A stretch of 64,000 nucleotides of DNA, taken from contig RHPI01002533.1 of the NCBI GenBank assembly GCA_009103225.1, positions 1,369,186 through 1,433,185 on the forward strand, written 5' to 3'. This document shows, piece after piece, positions 11,543-24,143 of the stretch. This stretch comes from Chlorokybus atmophyticus. Taxonomy: Eukaryota; Plantae; Mesostigma and Chlorokybus algae. A program made the translations under genes and the position numbers. The notes beneath the pieces are model-generated. The model searched no databases. It saw only the letters and a program-made list of their open reading frames with translations, and was not told the origin of the DNA. Each line of letters starts with the position of its first letter. Position 1 is the stretch's first letter.

Positions 11543-13075
11543 TGTTGAAGGTTAAGCATATGAGGTTTGCTAGTATAGTATGCTTATGGTACCGTCAGCT
11601 TGTTGATGTTACTAACAGCATGTGCGGCCGTTGCGCAATGGGAGTTACAGTCAACAAGAGTTACGGGAGTTACGAGAGTTACGGTCAACTTTCACTCTGA
11701 CCATTGACTAGGGTTGACGAGGGTTGACTATGACCGTTGACTAGTGTTGACTAGAGTTGACTTTAACTAGGGTTGACTAGTCTTTTTGGTGTTGACTAGC
11801 TTAGTATATAAGTCACTAAATGTGGCGCATACAAGTGGAACTGCAATAGAAACATACTTCTCTTTGTTGTTGACATGATATTGCACTTGTTGTTCCCCTA
11901 GTGTGAGCGCATGTATGAGGTAGGGCGCATACATGCACACTAGTTCTTAACAGGTTATGGGCCCACACATGCTTAGAGTGTAAGTGTATTGTCGTCGTGT
12001 GGGAAGTTGTGGTTGCTTAAGGGGAGTACGTTGCGGGCTCTTTGTGTAGCAGAAGGACAACCAATGCCAAGGAAGCATGGACAACATGAAGATCACGATT
12101 GAGCCACTGGACGTGGATAACTACAGCACCTACGGGAGCACCAATAGCAAGAAGGGTGAGAGAATTGCACTCTAGGGCTATGATGTAGGTTGGAGAAGGA
12201 GGAGGAGATGGTGGCAATCTCCTTGTAATGAAGCTGGGAATATCTAGCTTCGTGCCGAGTGCGAGCAGTACTTGGTGGAGGAGGCGTCCTTCATACGTGG
12301 GAGCTGGTGTATTTCAGCTTGAAGTGTTGCAGTGCGTGAAGTACTTGCGGGGCGTGCCAAGAGCGCGTGGTTGCTGTCTACTCAATAGCATGGTGTTTGA
12401 GCGTAATGCTTGAACATGGATATGAGAGGAGTAGCTAAGCGCGAAAAGCGTGGAGGTTACACTCTTCGAGCATGGTATAGTGCTCAAGGTATACTATATG
12501 CAAGCGAGCAGTTTGCAGGGTGACAAGCATTGGGAGCGAGCAGCTCGAGGTGCTAGCGTCATGTATTGGAGCGAGAAGTTCCAAGTCAACTTGAAGGCAA
12601 TGATGGCATGGGAGCTTGTGCATGCTGATATGCAGATGCGGACAACAAGCTGCCTGCGTGGGAGTGTTGAAGGTTAAGCACATGAGGTTTGCTAGTATAG
12701 TATGCTTGTAGTACCGTCAGCTTGTTGATGTTACTTGGTCCATGTGCGGCGGTTACGCAATGGGAGTTACAATCAACAGGAGTTACGGGAATTACGCTAG
12801 TTACGGTCAACTTTGACTTTGACCATTGACTAGGGTTGATTAGGGTTGACTTTGAGTGTTGACTAGTGTTGACTAGCGTTGACTTTGACTAGGGTTGACT
12901 AGTCTTTTCTAGTGTTGGCTAGCTTATTATACAAGTCACTGTATGTGGCGCATACAAGTGGAACGGCAATAGGAACATACTTCTTTTTGTTGTTAACATG
13001 CTATTGCACTTGTTGTTCCCCAAGTGTGAGCGCATTTATGAGGTAGGGCGCATACATGCACACTAGTTCTTAACA
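11543..13075 (+). mobile_element. Copia family 2 miniature element (TRIM-like, 1.5 kb) inserted in a family 1 gag
   Basis: LTRs at 11543-11952 and 12665-13075. PBS GGTTATGGGCCCA at 11953. PPT GCGTGGGAG. TSD CAAAG/CAAGG. The interior holds only the gag start (MKITIEPLDVDNYST) and an RNase H remnant. The flanks rejoin to the family 1 sequence gcagatcaagggactcaatgg. Confidence 0.9.
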
Positions 13076-13587
13076 CAAGGGACTCAATGGGCATCCTATT
13101 TGTGTCAGCCATTGCTACACAATAGTACAACTCACCCTCTCCCCAAGAACACTCTACTAGTAGGTGCCTATGCTTAACACTTTTACTCACTAGCACAAGC
13201 AACCTCACAAGCGAGTGTGGGCCCATAACCTGTTGAGAACTAGTTATGCGCCTAGTGTGTGTATTTGCCTCTTACATACAAGTGTGTACACACCAAGGAC
13301 AAGTGCAGCAAGCATGCCAACTATAAAGACAATGTGCGACCCACTGTATTAAGCAGTATACAGTGTCTTATATACTATGCTACTAAGCACTAGTCAACTC
13401 TAGTCAACTCTGGTCAAAGTCAACACTAGTCAACACTAGTCAGTGGTCAATGTCAACGGTTAAAGTCAAAGTTGATCATGGTTGACTCTTCTTGTAATTC
13501 TCGTAATTTTAAAGGTTAAGCTGATCGTACCAACTACATGTAGGCGCCGCCTATACATGTACTTTCTACAACTTATAACATTTAACA
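13076..13587 (-). mobile_element. 5' half of a Copia family 1 element (LTR 13231-13587, PBS, gag start), host of the TRIM-like insertion
   Basis: Reverse complement of LTR, GGTTATGGGCCCA and the gag 5' region. The other part of the gag lies at 11455-11542. Confidence 0.85.
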
Positions 13588-13599
13588 CGCATCACTAGT

Positions 13600-16030
13600 T
13601 CTCAACAACCCTCGAGACCATCACCCCACGCCTACTCAGGACGAGCACCGCGCATCCACTGCATGCCATGATGAGGCTGCAGCACAATCCAACCCACGCC
13701 CCAACAACAATAATGGTGGTGCGAAGAAAGGGACGCGTGCTTGCCATTACTGCGATAAAGAGGGACACCTAGAGAAGGATATTGAAAGTTGAAGCGCGAT
13801 TAGCAACACAAACAAGGTTCTGACAGGCAGGCAGTAACTTGCTGCACAACTGGTATCGAAAGCGCTTGGTTGTTCGAGTCTGCGTGCACACAATATATGA
13901 CCCCACACAGACATGAGTTTTAGGAATACTATGCTCTGAGCAATGCTGCTGGTGTAAAAGTGAGCTTAGATAATAAGATGCACTTGCAAGCGGTAGGAGT
14001 GGGTAGAGTCATTTTACACACTATGGTGGCGGGTGCTACACATGATGTGGCCCTAAAGGAGGCAATTCTTGTGCCAGGATTAGCTTCCCGCATGTTCTCC
14101 GTATGAAGAGCTACAAGCGCAAGCGCAAAAGTTGACTTCACTTTAGCAGTGTCAAGTTACGGCGAACAACATTGTTTTGATGAAGGGCATACTGCAACAG
14201 AGCTTGTGTTGTATCACACTAGATTGGCAGAATGCGTTGTCTGCAACAGTCACACTATTGGCTACAGCTCATCTCAGGCATCAAAGACTAGGACATCTTG
14301 GGTGGGACAACCTCACAAGACTGGTTGCTAAAGACATGGTGGAAGGGATTGGCATTGAAGTGGAGGACATCAAGGCAGCAACATGTGATGTTTGCGATAC
14401 ATACGTGTTGAGCAAGATGCCTAAACAGCCTTTTCCCAACTACCCACACTAGTTCAGCACTCTTGCAGGTTGTGCACATGGAAGTGTGTGGTCCCATACC
14501 AGTCGCGTCCATTGCCACTTTCCTAAATAACTTCAGCAAGCTATGAGCCATTGTTCCGGTTGCTGCCAAGTCAGATGTTGCTGTTGGTGTGAATAGGACG
14601 CTCACCTCATGTGCAACACAAGCAAAGACAAAGGTATTGGCATTGAGGAGTGGTAGGGGTTCCGTGTACCTCAACCAAAACCTTAAAGCACTTGGAGGAG
14701 TACGGCATCAAGCATGAGACGGTGGCACCCTACATCCCGGAGCAAAACGGTGCTGATGAGCGCCTCAACCGCACACTTGTAAAGCGTGTGCGTGCCATGC
14801 AGAGCTTGACAAAGCCTTACGAGCTAAAGCAAATCACGGCCAACTACATCCACAATAAGTCACCTACGAGCTTCAAGGTCAAAACCCCGTGGGAGTTATT
14901 GTATAGTGAGAAGCCTGATGTAATGCACATGCATGTGTTTAGAGCCGAGGCGTATCCACACATCCTAAAGCACCTGAGAAAGCTTGAGGGAGACAGGCGC
15001 GTCTTTATCGGATGCAAGCCCAACTCCAAGGCATCTATGATCTTGCTCGAGGGCGGCAAGATTGTAGTTTAAAGGGATGTTATCGTTGACGAGAACACGA
15101 TGTAATACCAACAACACCTTCAACACCTGTGGCAAGTAACATTGCAGCTAAGCTAGAGGTTAGCACTACCAATATGGTTGTTTTTGGGAAGGTCATTCTT
15201 GAAGCGGTTGTTCTGAGATTGCACCACACCTCGAGGAGAAGGAAATTGTACCTACGAGAGAGCAAAATGGGCGCTACCCTATGAGACACAAAGCGCCACC
15301 ACACTTCACACAGTGGTTTCATTCCTTAAGCGCTACACCAAGTAATGGGAAGGAGCCGAGCACCTACCATGAGGCCATTACAGCTCCAGATGCAGAGTTG
15401 TGGCGCAAGGCTATGGACGAGGGGATTGCTTTAATACACGTCAACAAGACTCGGGTACTTGAACAGGTTCACCAGTGGACCACTGCCACCGCATGACACC
15501 TCTACAAGTAAGCTTCGGCTTATAATAGAGAAAACAATCATGATGACCAATAGCTTTACGAAGCCACGCAGCACCATGTGGATGATGAAGAGACGAGAGA
15601 CCTTCGCCAATAAATGGAGGGTCAAGCGCGACAACAAGTAAAGGGAAGGAGCCGAGCACCTACCATGAGGCCATTACAGCTCAAGATGCAGAGTTGTGGC
15701 GCAAGGCTATGGACGAGGGGATTGCTTTAATACACGTCAATAAGACTCGGATACTTGAACAGGTACATCAGTGGACCACTGCCACCGCACGACACCTCTA
15801 CAAGTAAGTTTCGGCTCCTTGATAGAGAAAACAATCGTAATGACCAATAGCTTTACGGAGCCACGCAGCACCATATGGATGATAAAGAGACGAAAGACCT
15901 TTGCCAACTAATGGAGGGTCAGCTTCGAAGACACGAAAGTGCTGCAAGTTAGCGTATACCCTCTTCCCCTTTTGCATGCTGAGCTCACCCTCGTGATCGC
16001 CTACGTTATGCTGCTTACCATTCTGCCAAA
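13600..16030 (+). pseudogene. Degenerate Copia gag-pol interior (knuckle, PR, GAG-pre-integrase, IN, RT start)
   Basis: CHYCDKEGH, WLFESACTQYMT, RHQRLGHLGWDNL..CDVC, HMEVCGP, HETVAPYIPEQNGADERLNRTL and EPSTYHEAI..WRKAMDEG. Confidence 0.88.
15347..15930 (+). repeat. Two-copy tandem duplication, 296-bp period, within the Copia RT start
   Basis: gggaaggagccgagcacctaccatgaggcc occurs at 15347 and 15643. Confidence 0.9.
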
Positions 16031-16132
16031 CCATTTATGGGGACCGCCATAGGCACCATTAGGAGCGCGCTATCATTATGGAAGCACTCCAATGGGCAAA
16101 GGAAGCCGCCACCAGGTATATCCCAACTTACA

Positions 16133-19100
16133 AAGCATCAAGCCCCAGCATGCCCAGCACCTCGACAATAGTCTTTTCCAGTGTTGACTAGCTTAATATA
16201 TAAGCCACTGTATGTGTTGCATACAGGTGGAACTGCAATCGGAACATACTTCTCTTTGTTGTTGACATGCTATTGCACTTGTTGTTTCCCTAGTGTGAGC
16301 GCATGTATGAGGTAGGGCGCATACATGCACACTAGTTCTTAACATGGCTTATAGCATGGTTTGCCATTGAGGGAGTCTTTAAAACCACCTGAACAAGGCC
16401 ATGCGTGGCGTGGTAGAACCTGATGCGACAAGTATGAGGAGGAAACAAGGAGTATTGCAACCTTGTAGTCTTAATAGAATTAGCACCTGCGCACTCATTT
16501 CTTTACCGTCCAAGGTGCTTAGTTGCAGAGGGAATTTGACCTCTTGCTTAATTGTCACTTTATGATCATCGCCGCGCCAACCGTGCTCATCCACAAGCTA
16601 ATAGGCTTGCAGCACAAATGGTGCAGATCGTCAGGAAGGCCTTGCGGCGCTATTGCTCTCACCTTTAGAGAGATTTGGATGACTTTCTGCCGTGGATTGC
16701 GCTCGGATGCTGCTATATAAGATGAGCTGCCTGCACTTTTTCATCCCTTACATCCTCATATTTGGACAAGAGCTTGCGCTTTCCTCTGTAATGAACATGC
16801 AAGTGAGGCCGTCAAAGACATCCTCATCAAACCCACCCATATACTGGAGGTATTAACGGCGCGTGCCGTCCTGCTTAACACGTCGGACCCTTAGCGTTCG
16901 CCAACCTTCAAAACCGTGCGACGCCAAGACCAGCATTATTATGACAATGTGCGCCGCAGCAACCGCGTGCTTCAGACTCGTCGATTCCACAAGATGGACT
17001 ATGTTTATCGCAAAACGCAAACCACCAACACTCCGGACCACGCCAACCATGGCATTGTGTACAAGGTGGTGCAGGTGCGCAGCAAAGGCACTCTGTTGCT
17101 GTGTTACATCGCGGGCCACTCTTTAACGGACCACGTGGAGAATTGCTTTCCCTATTACCTGCCATAAGTAGGCGGCCTTGGCAAGCCTTGCCTCAGGGTG
17201 CGCTTCACGAAGTGCACCGGGTGATCAACTGTAAAGAAGTGTAACACTTGTTGGGAGTAGTGCCATGAAGACCGCAGCTTTGGAGTCACGCCTGCCATCC
17301 TCAACGCCAAAATTGTCACCACCTCGGCGAAACTACCATGGCGCTGCCGCAGGTGCCAGGCTCATTGCAAGGACGCCTAATCATGACTAGGCGTCCATGC
17401 AATGAGCCTGGCACCTGTGGGGGGGCTTGTTTAGTGATCAATACTTTTTACCAAGTTAAGGGGCACTGCTACGCGCAGTGCAGGTGCGGTGTTTGGTCAC
17501 ATGCAAGTTGCTCGATAGCACCACTTGTCCTGAGTACTTGGATACATTATGTACGAGATCCCGATCAAGCATCAAGCCCCAGCATGCCCAGCACCTCGAC
17601 AATAGTCTTTTCCAGTGTTGACTAGCTTAATATATAAGCCACTGTATGTGTTGCATACAGGTGGAACTGCAATCGGAACATACTTCTCTTTGTTGTTGAC
17701 ATGCTATTGCACTTGTTGTTTCCCTAGTGTGAGCGCATGTATGAGGTAGGGCGCATACATGCACACTAGTTCTTAACATGGCTTATAGCATGGTTTGCCA
17801 TTGAGGGAGTCTTTAAAACCACCTGAACAAGGCCAGGCGTGGCGTGGTAGAACCTGATGCGATAAGTATGAGGAGGAAACAAGGAGTATTGCAACCTTGT
17901 AGTCTTAATAGAATTAGCACCTGCGCACTCATTTCTTTACCGTCCAAGGTGCTTAGTTGCAGAGGGAATTTGACCTCTTGCTTAATTGTCACTTTATGAT
18001 CATCGCCGCGCCAACCGTGCTCATCCACAAGCTAATAGGCTTGCAGCACAAATGGTGCAGATCGTCAGGAAGGCCTTGCGGCGCTATTGCTCTCACCTTT
18101 AGAGAGATTTGGATGACTTTCTGCCGTGGATTGCGCTCGGATGCTGCTATATAAGATGAGCTGCCTGCACTTTTTCATCCCTTACATCCTCATATTTGGA
18201 CAAGAGCTTGCGCTTTCCTCTGTAATGAACATGCAAGTGAGGCCGTCAAAGACATCCTCATCAAACCCACCCATATACTGGAGGTATTAACGGCGCGTGC
18301 CGTCCTGCTTAACACGTCGGACCCTTAGCGTTCGCCAACCTTCAAAACCGTGCGACGCCAAGACCAGCATTATTATGACAATGTGCGCCGCAGCAACCGC
18401 GTGCTTCAGACTCGTCGATTCCACAAGATGGACTATGTTTATCGCAAAACGCAAACCACCAACACTCCGGACCACGCCAACCATGGCATTGTGTACAAGG
18501 TGGTGCAGGTGCGCAGCAAAGGCACTCTGTTGCTGTGTTACATCGCGGGCCACTCTTTAACGGACCACGTGGAGAATTGCTTTCCCTATTACCTGCCATA
18601 AGTAGGCGGCCTTGGCAAGCCTTGCCTCAGGGTGCGCTTCACGAAGTGCACCGGGTGATCAACTGTAAAGAAGTGTAACACTTGTTGGGAGTAGTGCCAT
18701 GAAGACCGCAGCTTTGGAGTCACGCCTGCCATCCTCAACGCCAAAATTGTCACCACCTCGGCGAAACTACCATGGCGCTGCCGCAGGTGCCAGGCTCATT
18801 GCAAGGACGCCTAATCATGACTAGGCGTCCATGCAATGAGCCTGGCACCTGTGGGGGGGCTTGTTTAGTGATCAATACTTTTTACCAAGTTAAGGGGCAC
18901 TGCTACGCGCAGTGCAGGTGCGGTGTTTGGTCACATGCAAGTTGCTCGATAGCACCACTTGTCCTGAGTACTTGGATACATTATGTACGAGATCCCGATC
19001 AAGCATCAAGCCCCAGCATGCCCAGCACCTCGACAATAGTCTTTTCCAGTGTTGACTAGCTTAATATATAAGCCACTGTATGTGTTGCATACAGGTGGAA

Positions 19101-20194
19101 CTGCAATCGGAACATACTTCTCTTTGTTGTTGACATGCTATTGCACTTGTTGTTTCCCTAGTGTGAGCGCATGTATGAGGTAGGGCGCATACATGCACAC
19201 TAGTTCTTAACATGGCTTATAGCATGGTTTGCCATTGAGGGAGTCTTTAAAACCACCTGAACAAGGCCAGGCGTGGCGTGGTAGAACCTGATGCGATAAG
19301 TATGAGGAGGAAACAAGGAGTATTGCAACCTTGTAGTCTTAATAGAATTAGCACCTGCGCACTCATTTCTTTACCGTCCAAGGTGCTTAGTTGCAGAGGG
19401 AATTTGACCTCTTGCTTAATTGTCACTTTATGATCATCGCCGCGCCAACCGTGCTCATCCACAAGCTAATAGGCTTGCAGCACAAATGGTGCAGATCGTC
19501 AGGAAGGCCTTGCGGCGCTATTGCTCTCACCTTTAGAGAGATTTGGATGACTTTCTGCCGTGGATTGCGCTCGGATGCTGCTATATAAGATGAGCTGCCT
19601 GCACTTTTTCATCCCTTACATCCTCATATTTGGACAAGAGCTTGCGCTTTCCTCTGTAATGAACATGCAAGTGAGGCCGTCAAAGACATCCTCATCAAAC
19701 CCACCCATATACTGGAGGTATTAACGGCGCGTGCCGTCCTGCTTAACACGTCGGACCCTTAGCGTTCGCCAACCTTCAAAACCGTGCGACGCCAAGACCA
19801 GCATTATTATGACAATGTGCGCCGCAGCAACCGCGTGCTTCAGACTCGTCGATTCCACAAGATGGACTATGTTTATCGCAAAACGCAAACCACCAACACT
19901 CCGGACCACGCCAACCATGGCATTGTGTACAAGGTGGTGCAGGTGCGCAGCAAAGGCACTCTGTTGCTGTGTTACATCGCGGGCCACTCTTTAACGGACC
20001 ACGTGGAGAATTGCTTTCCCTATTACCTGCCATAAGTAGGCGGCCTTGGCAAGCCTTGCCTCAGGGTGCGCTTCACGAAGTGCACCGGGTGATCAACTGT
20101 AAAGAAGTGTAACACTTGTTGGGAGTAGTGCCATGAAGACCGCAGCTTTGGAGTCACGCCTGCCATCCTCAACGCCAAAATTGTCACCACCTCG
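16133..20194 (+). repeat. Tandem array of about 2.8 near-identical 1434-bp chimeric TE units
   Basis: Units start at 16133, 17567 and 19001 (aagcatcaagccccagcatg). Identical ORF sets recur at a 1434-bp period. Confidence 0.97.
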
Positions 20195-20458
20195 CGCCCT
20201 ACCTCATACATGTGCTCACACTAGGGGAACAACAAGTGCAATAGCATGTCAACAACAAAGAGAAGTATGTTCCTATTGCAGTTCCACCTGTATGCGCCAC
20301 ATAAAGTGACTTATATACTAAGCTAGACAACACTAGAATAGACTAGTCAACCCTAGTCAAAGTCAACTCTAGTCAACACTAGTCAACGATTAAAGTCAAC
20401 CCCAATCAACCCTAGTCAATGGTTAAAGGCAAAGTTGACCGTAACTCTCGTAACTGTC
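20195..20458 (-). repeat. Copia family 2 LTR fragment, inverted relative to the LTR piece inside the array units
   Basis: Reverse complement of the 11543-11952 sequence. Confidence 0.85.
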
Positions 20459-20467
20459 ATAAATACA

Positions 20468-20556
20468 GGTTACACTGGTGTAACCGGACACCCCGCGCAG
20501 CGGGGTGGCAGTCCCACCGGACGGCCTCACCGGACGGTTATCGTCCGGTGAGGCCG
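20468..20556. other. Three consecutive perfect hairpins
   Basis: GGTTACAC-tg-GTGTAACC (20468-85), CACCCCGC-gca-GCGGGGTG (20489-507) and CGGCCTCACCGGACG-gttat-CGTCCGGTGAGGCCG (20522-56). Confidence 0.95.
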
Positions 20557-21228
20557 CGAAACCATGACATAAGATAAGCTGCGTTATGGCGCCGTTATGC
20601 ACCGATCACGTTCGTTGGATGGCTTAGGGTTAGGGTGTATAGCGGCACGGGCGGAAGAGCAACGTCTGCCTCTGTCATTAGGCTGCTAGCCTAGCAATGC
20701 TAGCCTAGCAGTACTAGGCCGGCGGTCAAGCCAAGGCGGCTAACTAAGGCGGCTAAGTGCAGCGATGAGAGGCAACAGGCCTGTGCAACCAGGCCAGTGA
20801 TCACGCCTAAGGTCACGGTGGTGGTTGCGCCAGGCCAGGGCTGCGGCTGCCGCCAGGTCAGGTGACTTGTACTTTTTTACTTTTTTGTTTTATGTTTTTT
20901 CCTTTTGGCACCTGCCCTGCTTGACCCAAGCGCCCTACTAGGTCAGAAGGGCGGCAGTAGCAACGCGTCTTCAAACCAGGCGGCCAGGCTTGGGTGTTTG
21001 CCACAGACCAGGCAACAAGGCCAAGTGAGTTGCATTTGTAAAATTGTTGATTTTCTCATTTGTGCTTTTTGGTCTTTTTAACACTCAGCTAAACCTTAGC
21101 GTCCTATTGCAGGCTAGGAGAGCGGCGGCAAACATTAGCACAAGCAATTGAGACAGGGCGGTTGCCGTGCCAGCCATTTCAATTAGGTGACTTGGTTGGA
21201 TGAACATATAATATATGAGTAATTGTAT

Positions 21229-21333
21229 GTTGTGTTTGTTGTTGTTGTTGTTGTTGCTGTTGTTGTAGGTTGTGAAGTCAGGTGTTGCTTGTGTTGTTGT
21301 TGTTGCTTTTGTTGTTATTAAGGTTGTTGTTGT
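21229..21333. repeat. Imperfect (TTG)n microsatellite
   Basis: Direct reading. Confidence 0.95.
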
Positions 21334-23899
21334 GTCCAAGCACAGCATGTTGATCTCTCAGTTTAGTTTCGATATCTTTTATATCAGTCAAGCAAGTTTC
21401 CACAAACGCATGAATGAAGGTCGCGCTCCTCCGCTCTCTTCTTTCTGGCAACATAGACCGCCATCAGCAACGCTTGAGAGGCTGACATCCCCTCGTTTGA
21501 CAATAAGATGATGTAATGCCCCAAGTGTGCTGCGAATGTTGAAATCATGCGCATTGCATTTTTTGGTACCCTCAGAGCGTTGGTCGCACATCGCTGTACA
21601 CAACATCAACGAACGCCACCGCGCAAAAGTCAAGACCGGTCTGCAGTCATTTTCAGACGATGCAGATAGTGATGCGCAGCAGGCGAAGGGGGCCGATGTG
21701 GGGGGAGAAAGTCCAGTTTTATGTATGTAAATCTGTATCTGTAGCAACAGGCCCCTCTGCATTGGATGAGATTTCTTATCACGCTCTTTTTAAAAAAAAA
21801 AGGGGGTGATTTTTAAAAAAAAAAAGAGCGCTATAAGAAATTGTGTCAGGCAGAGGAGAAAGCCAAAAACACAGCATTGGGTTGGCTAGCTCGCGCGCGC
21901 ACAGATATGCTAAATTTGTAGGAAAAGTGTGACGCTCACGTGCAACATGAACGAGAGCGTGATACTTACCAACGCAACAACATTTGGCAGTTGACAGAAG
22001 AGCTCGCAATAGCTCGCTATCAACTGCAGGCGGCGGAGATAGCCAGAGATGAGGTGATTATGCAGAACAGAGTGATTGCGAGTGCAGTGAGGTCGAGCGA
22101 GTCAAGCGTGCAGTACAGTCCAGACTGCGGAGACATTACGCGCGGGCTCGGGCAGTGGCACGCGATTGTGGTTGGGGCTGGTCGGCATGTGTCATGCACA
22201 TCTTAGCCGGTTATCGTTTTGGTGCGGAGTGTAGATGTACACCTTCCAGATGATATCCTTGATGAATAGAGTATAGTGGTGTATGTGATGCATTTGCATA
22301 CAAATTGTATCATCGTATTCTTCCTTTATAATCAACTCACATCCGTATCAGCATCATCACGCATTGCGGAATGTATGTGCAGTATTGTGTTCAACACACA
22401 ATGAACATGGTGGTATATATGTGCAGGTGTTGAGCGTGCCACTCGGCACACGAACTCAGGTGCAATCACCTTTCCATAGCATCGTAGAATCGTGCCTCTG
22501 CGGCGATCTTGTCGCGCACAGTCATCTCTGCCTCTGAGGTACATTCATTGTACTCTGGGAAGGCGAAGACACAACACGGTTGTGCAGGGATGTGACATGA
22601 CAACACATACGCTCACGCGCACGCAGTGACACACGCAAAAATTTGCAGGTTGCAAATATGGAACCAGCCTCCACTGAAGCGAAGCCCGACGAGAAGAAGA
22701 CGGCAAATACAGCGACAGGTGCTGCTAGTTGATATCAACCTTAATACATAATGATAAGGGTCATCTGTATATAATTTCAATGTTAATGCTAGGCTCAAAT
22801 AGTGATGAACGTTATTGATGTTAATTGCGACATGCATTGCGTATTAGATGAAATAGCGGAAGTGGATCGCAAGCGCAAGGCCGAATACCATGATTGGATG
22901 GTCGAAGTCGAGAGCGAAATTGAGAGCGAAGCAAAAGATACAGAGCCAATAGCTGGCAAGCAAAAGCACGACGTGTAAAAGAAGAGGCTCGAAAGCTTCA
23001 ACACGAGACAGGTGGTACTTCACAGCCTCGCGCACCTCACAATATGCCACAATCAAGCTCTCGTGATCGTGGCCGAAGACAAACTTCTTGTCGAGCGCCC
23101 GCACATCCTGTTAACGTACCCAATAAGCCACAAGGTATAGCTATGCATGATGCTGGTCAGTTGATCTTAAAATGCACTTATAATGAACGTGGCTACACCA
23201 TGTGCAGGTTACGAAGCCATGCATGCACCGACGACGCATGGTCTCCCGAGCAGACCCAGCAGCAGATGTAAGCACACAACCTCGTGAGTTGCACTGTAAC
23301 GTACACACCCACTATGACACGCAGAGCATAAGCATAAAACTTATGAACGATTATTGCATAGCAGGTATCCCGCAGTCTCAGGCTTGCACGACACAACACA
23401 CTGCGCAACCAGCAACCTGTGGTTATTATAGAAGGCGTGCACCGAATTTGTTGGCAGCAGGTCATATGACTGACGCCAACAATGAGCCACAAGCCACATA
23501 TGATTTTGTTTCATATTTATCAACATTGGTCATGTCGCTGAATCTGCCGCAGTAGGTCACAATGACGGCTACCGCAAGTGCAGATGGCAAACCCGCGAGT
23601 GCAAGCGCCACACCGCACGAGCCATAAGACAACCCAGCAGCATACGCAAGCACACTACCAGGTGCACATATGGTGAATGTATAGACAACAGCTATTGGTG
23701 CACATAATGACAAGCTTTACAAGCAACACGTAAACGGCAGGTGTAGATGGGACGGAACGTGCTCATGCGACGAATAGCTCGGCATCTAAGGGCGCTGAAG
23801 CCAATGCTTCTGCTGCACCCATTGCACAAAAAGCTCCTGAAGAGCGAGCAGGTGTCATGTTGGGTTCGACGTGATTGTTTTTGATCACCTTGAAGTTGC

Positions 23900-24143
23900 A
23901 GCAACGGTTGCTGGCTTGATAATCACATATGATCCTTGTACAGGTGGTACGACCGGGCTGTGCAATGGCCGAGCCGGCGATGGACGCTGGCGTGTGTTTC
24001 ACTCGACAATGGATGAAGAGGATGCAGTGCGAGCTCAAAGTAATGCAATCGTACCAGATTATGTGTTGGTTGCGGTCATGTATGGGCAACACTCTCCAAT
24101 GGAATTCCCCGGCAAGGACGAGCATCCTGGCTTGTAAGTACAC
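23900..24143 (-). pseudogene. Ulp1/C48 SUMO-protease-like fragment, probably transposon-borne
   Basis: LVLAGEFHWRVLPIHDRNQHIIWYDC...AQPGRTTCTRIICDY reproduces the HW..YD..Q-x5-C-x4-C spacing of C48 peptidases. Confidence 0.55.

Noticed and set aside
20623-20636. TTAGGGTTAGGG (also at 55378-55390) as telomere or interstitial telomere
   Set aside because: Only two units each, and the second lies in an intron. This is too short to distinguish from chance.
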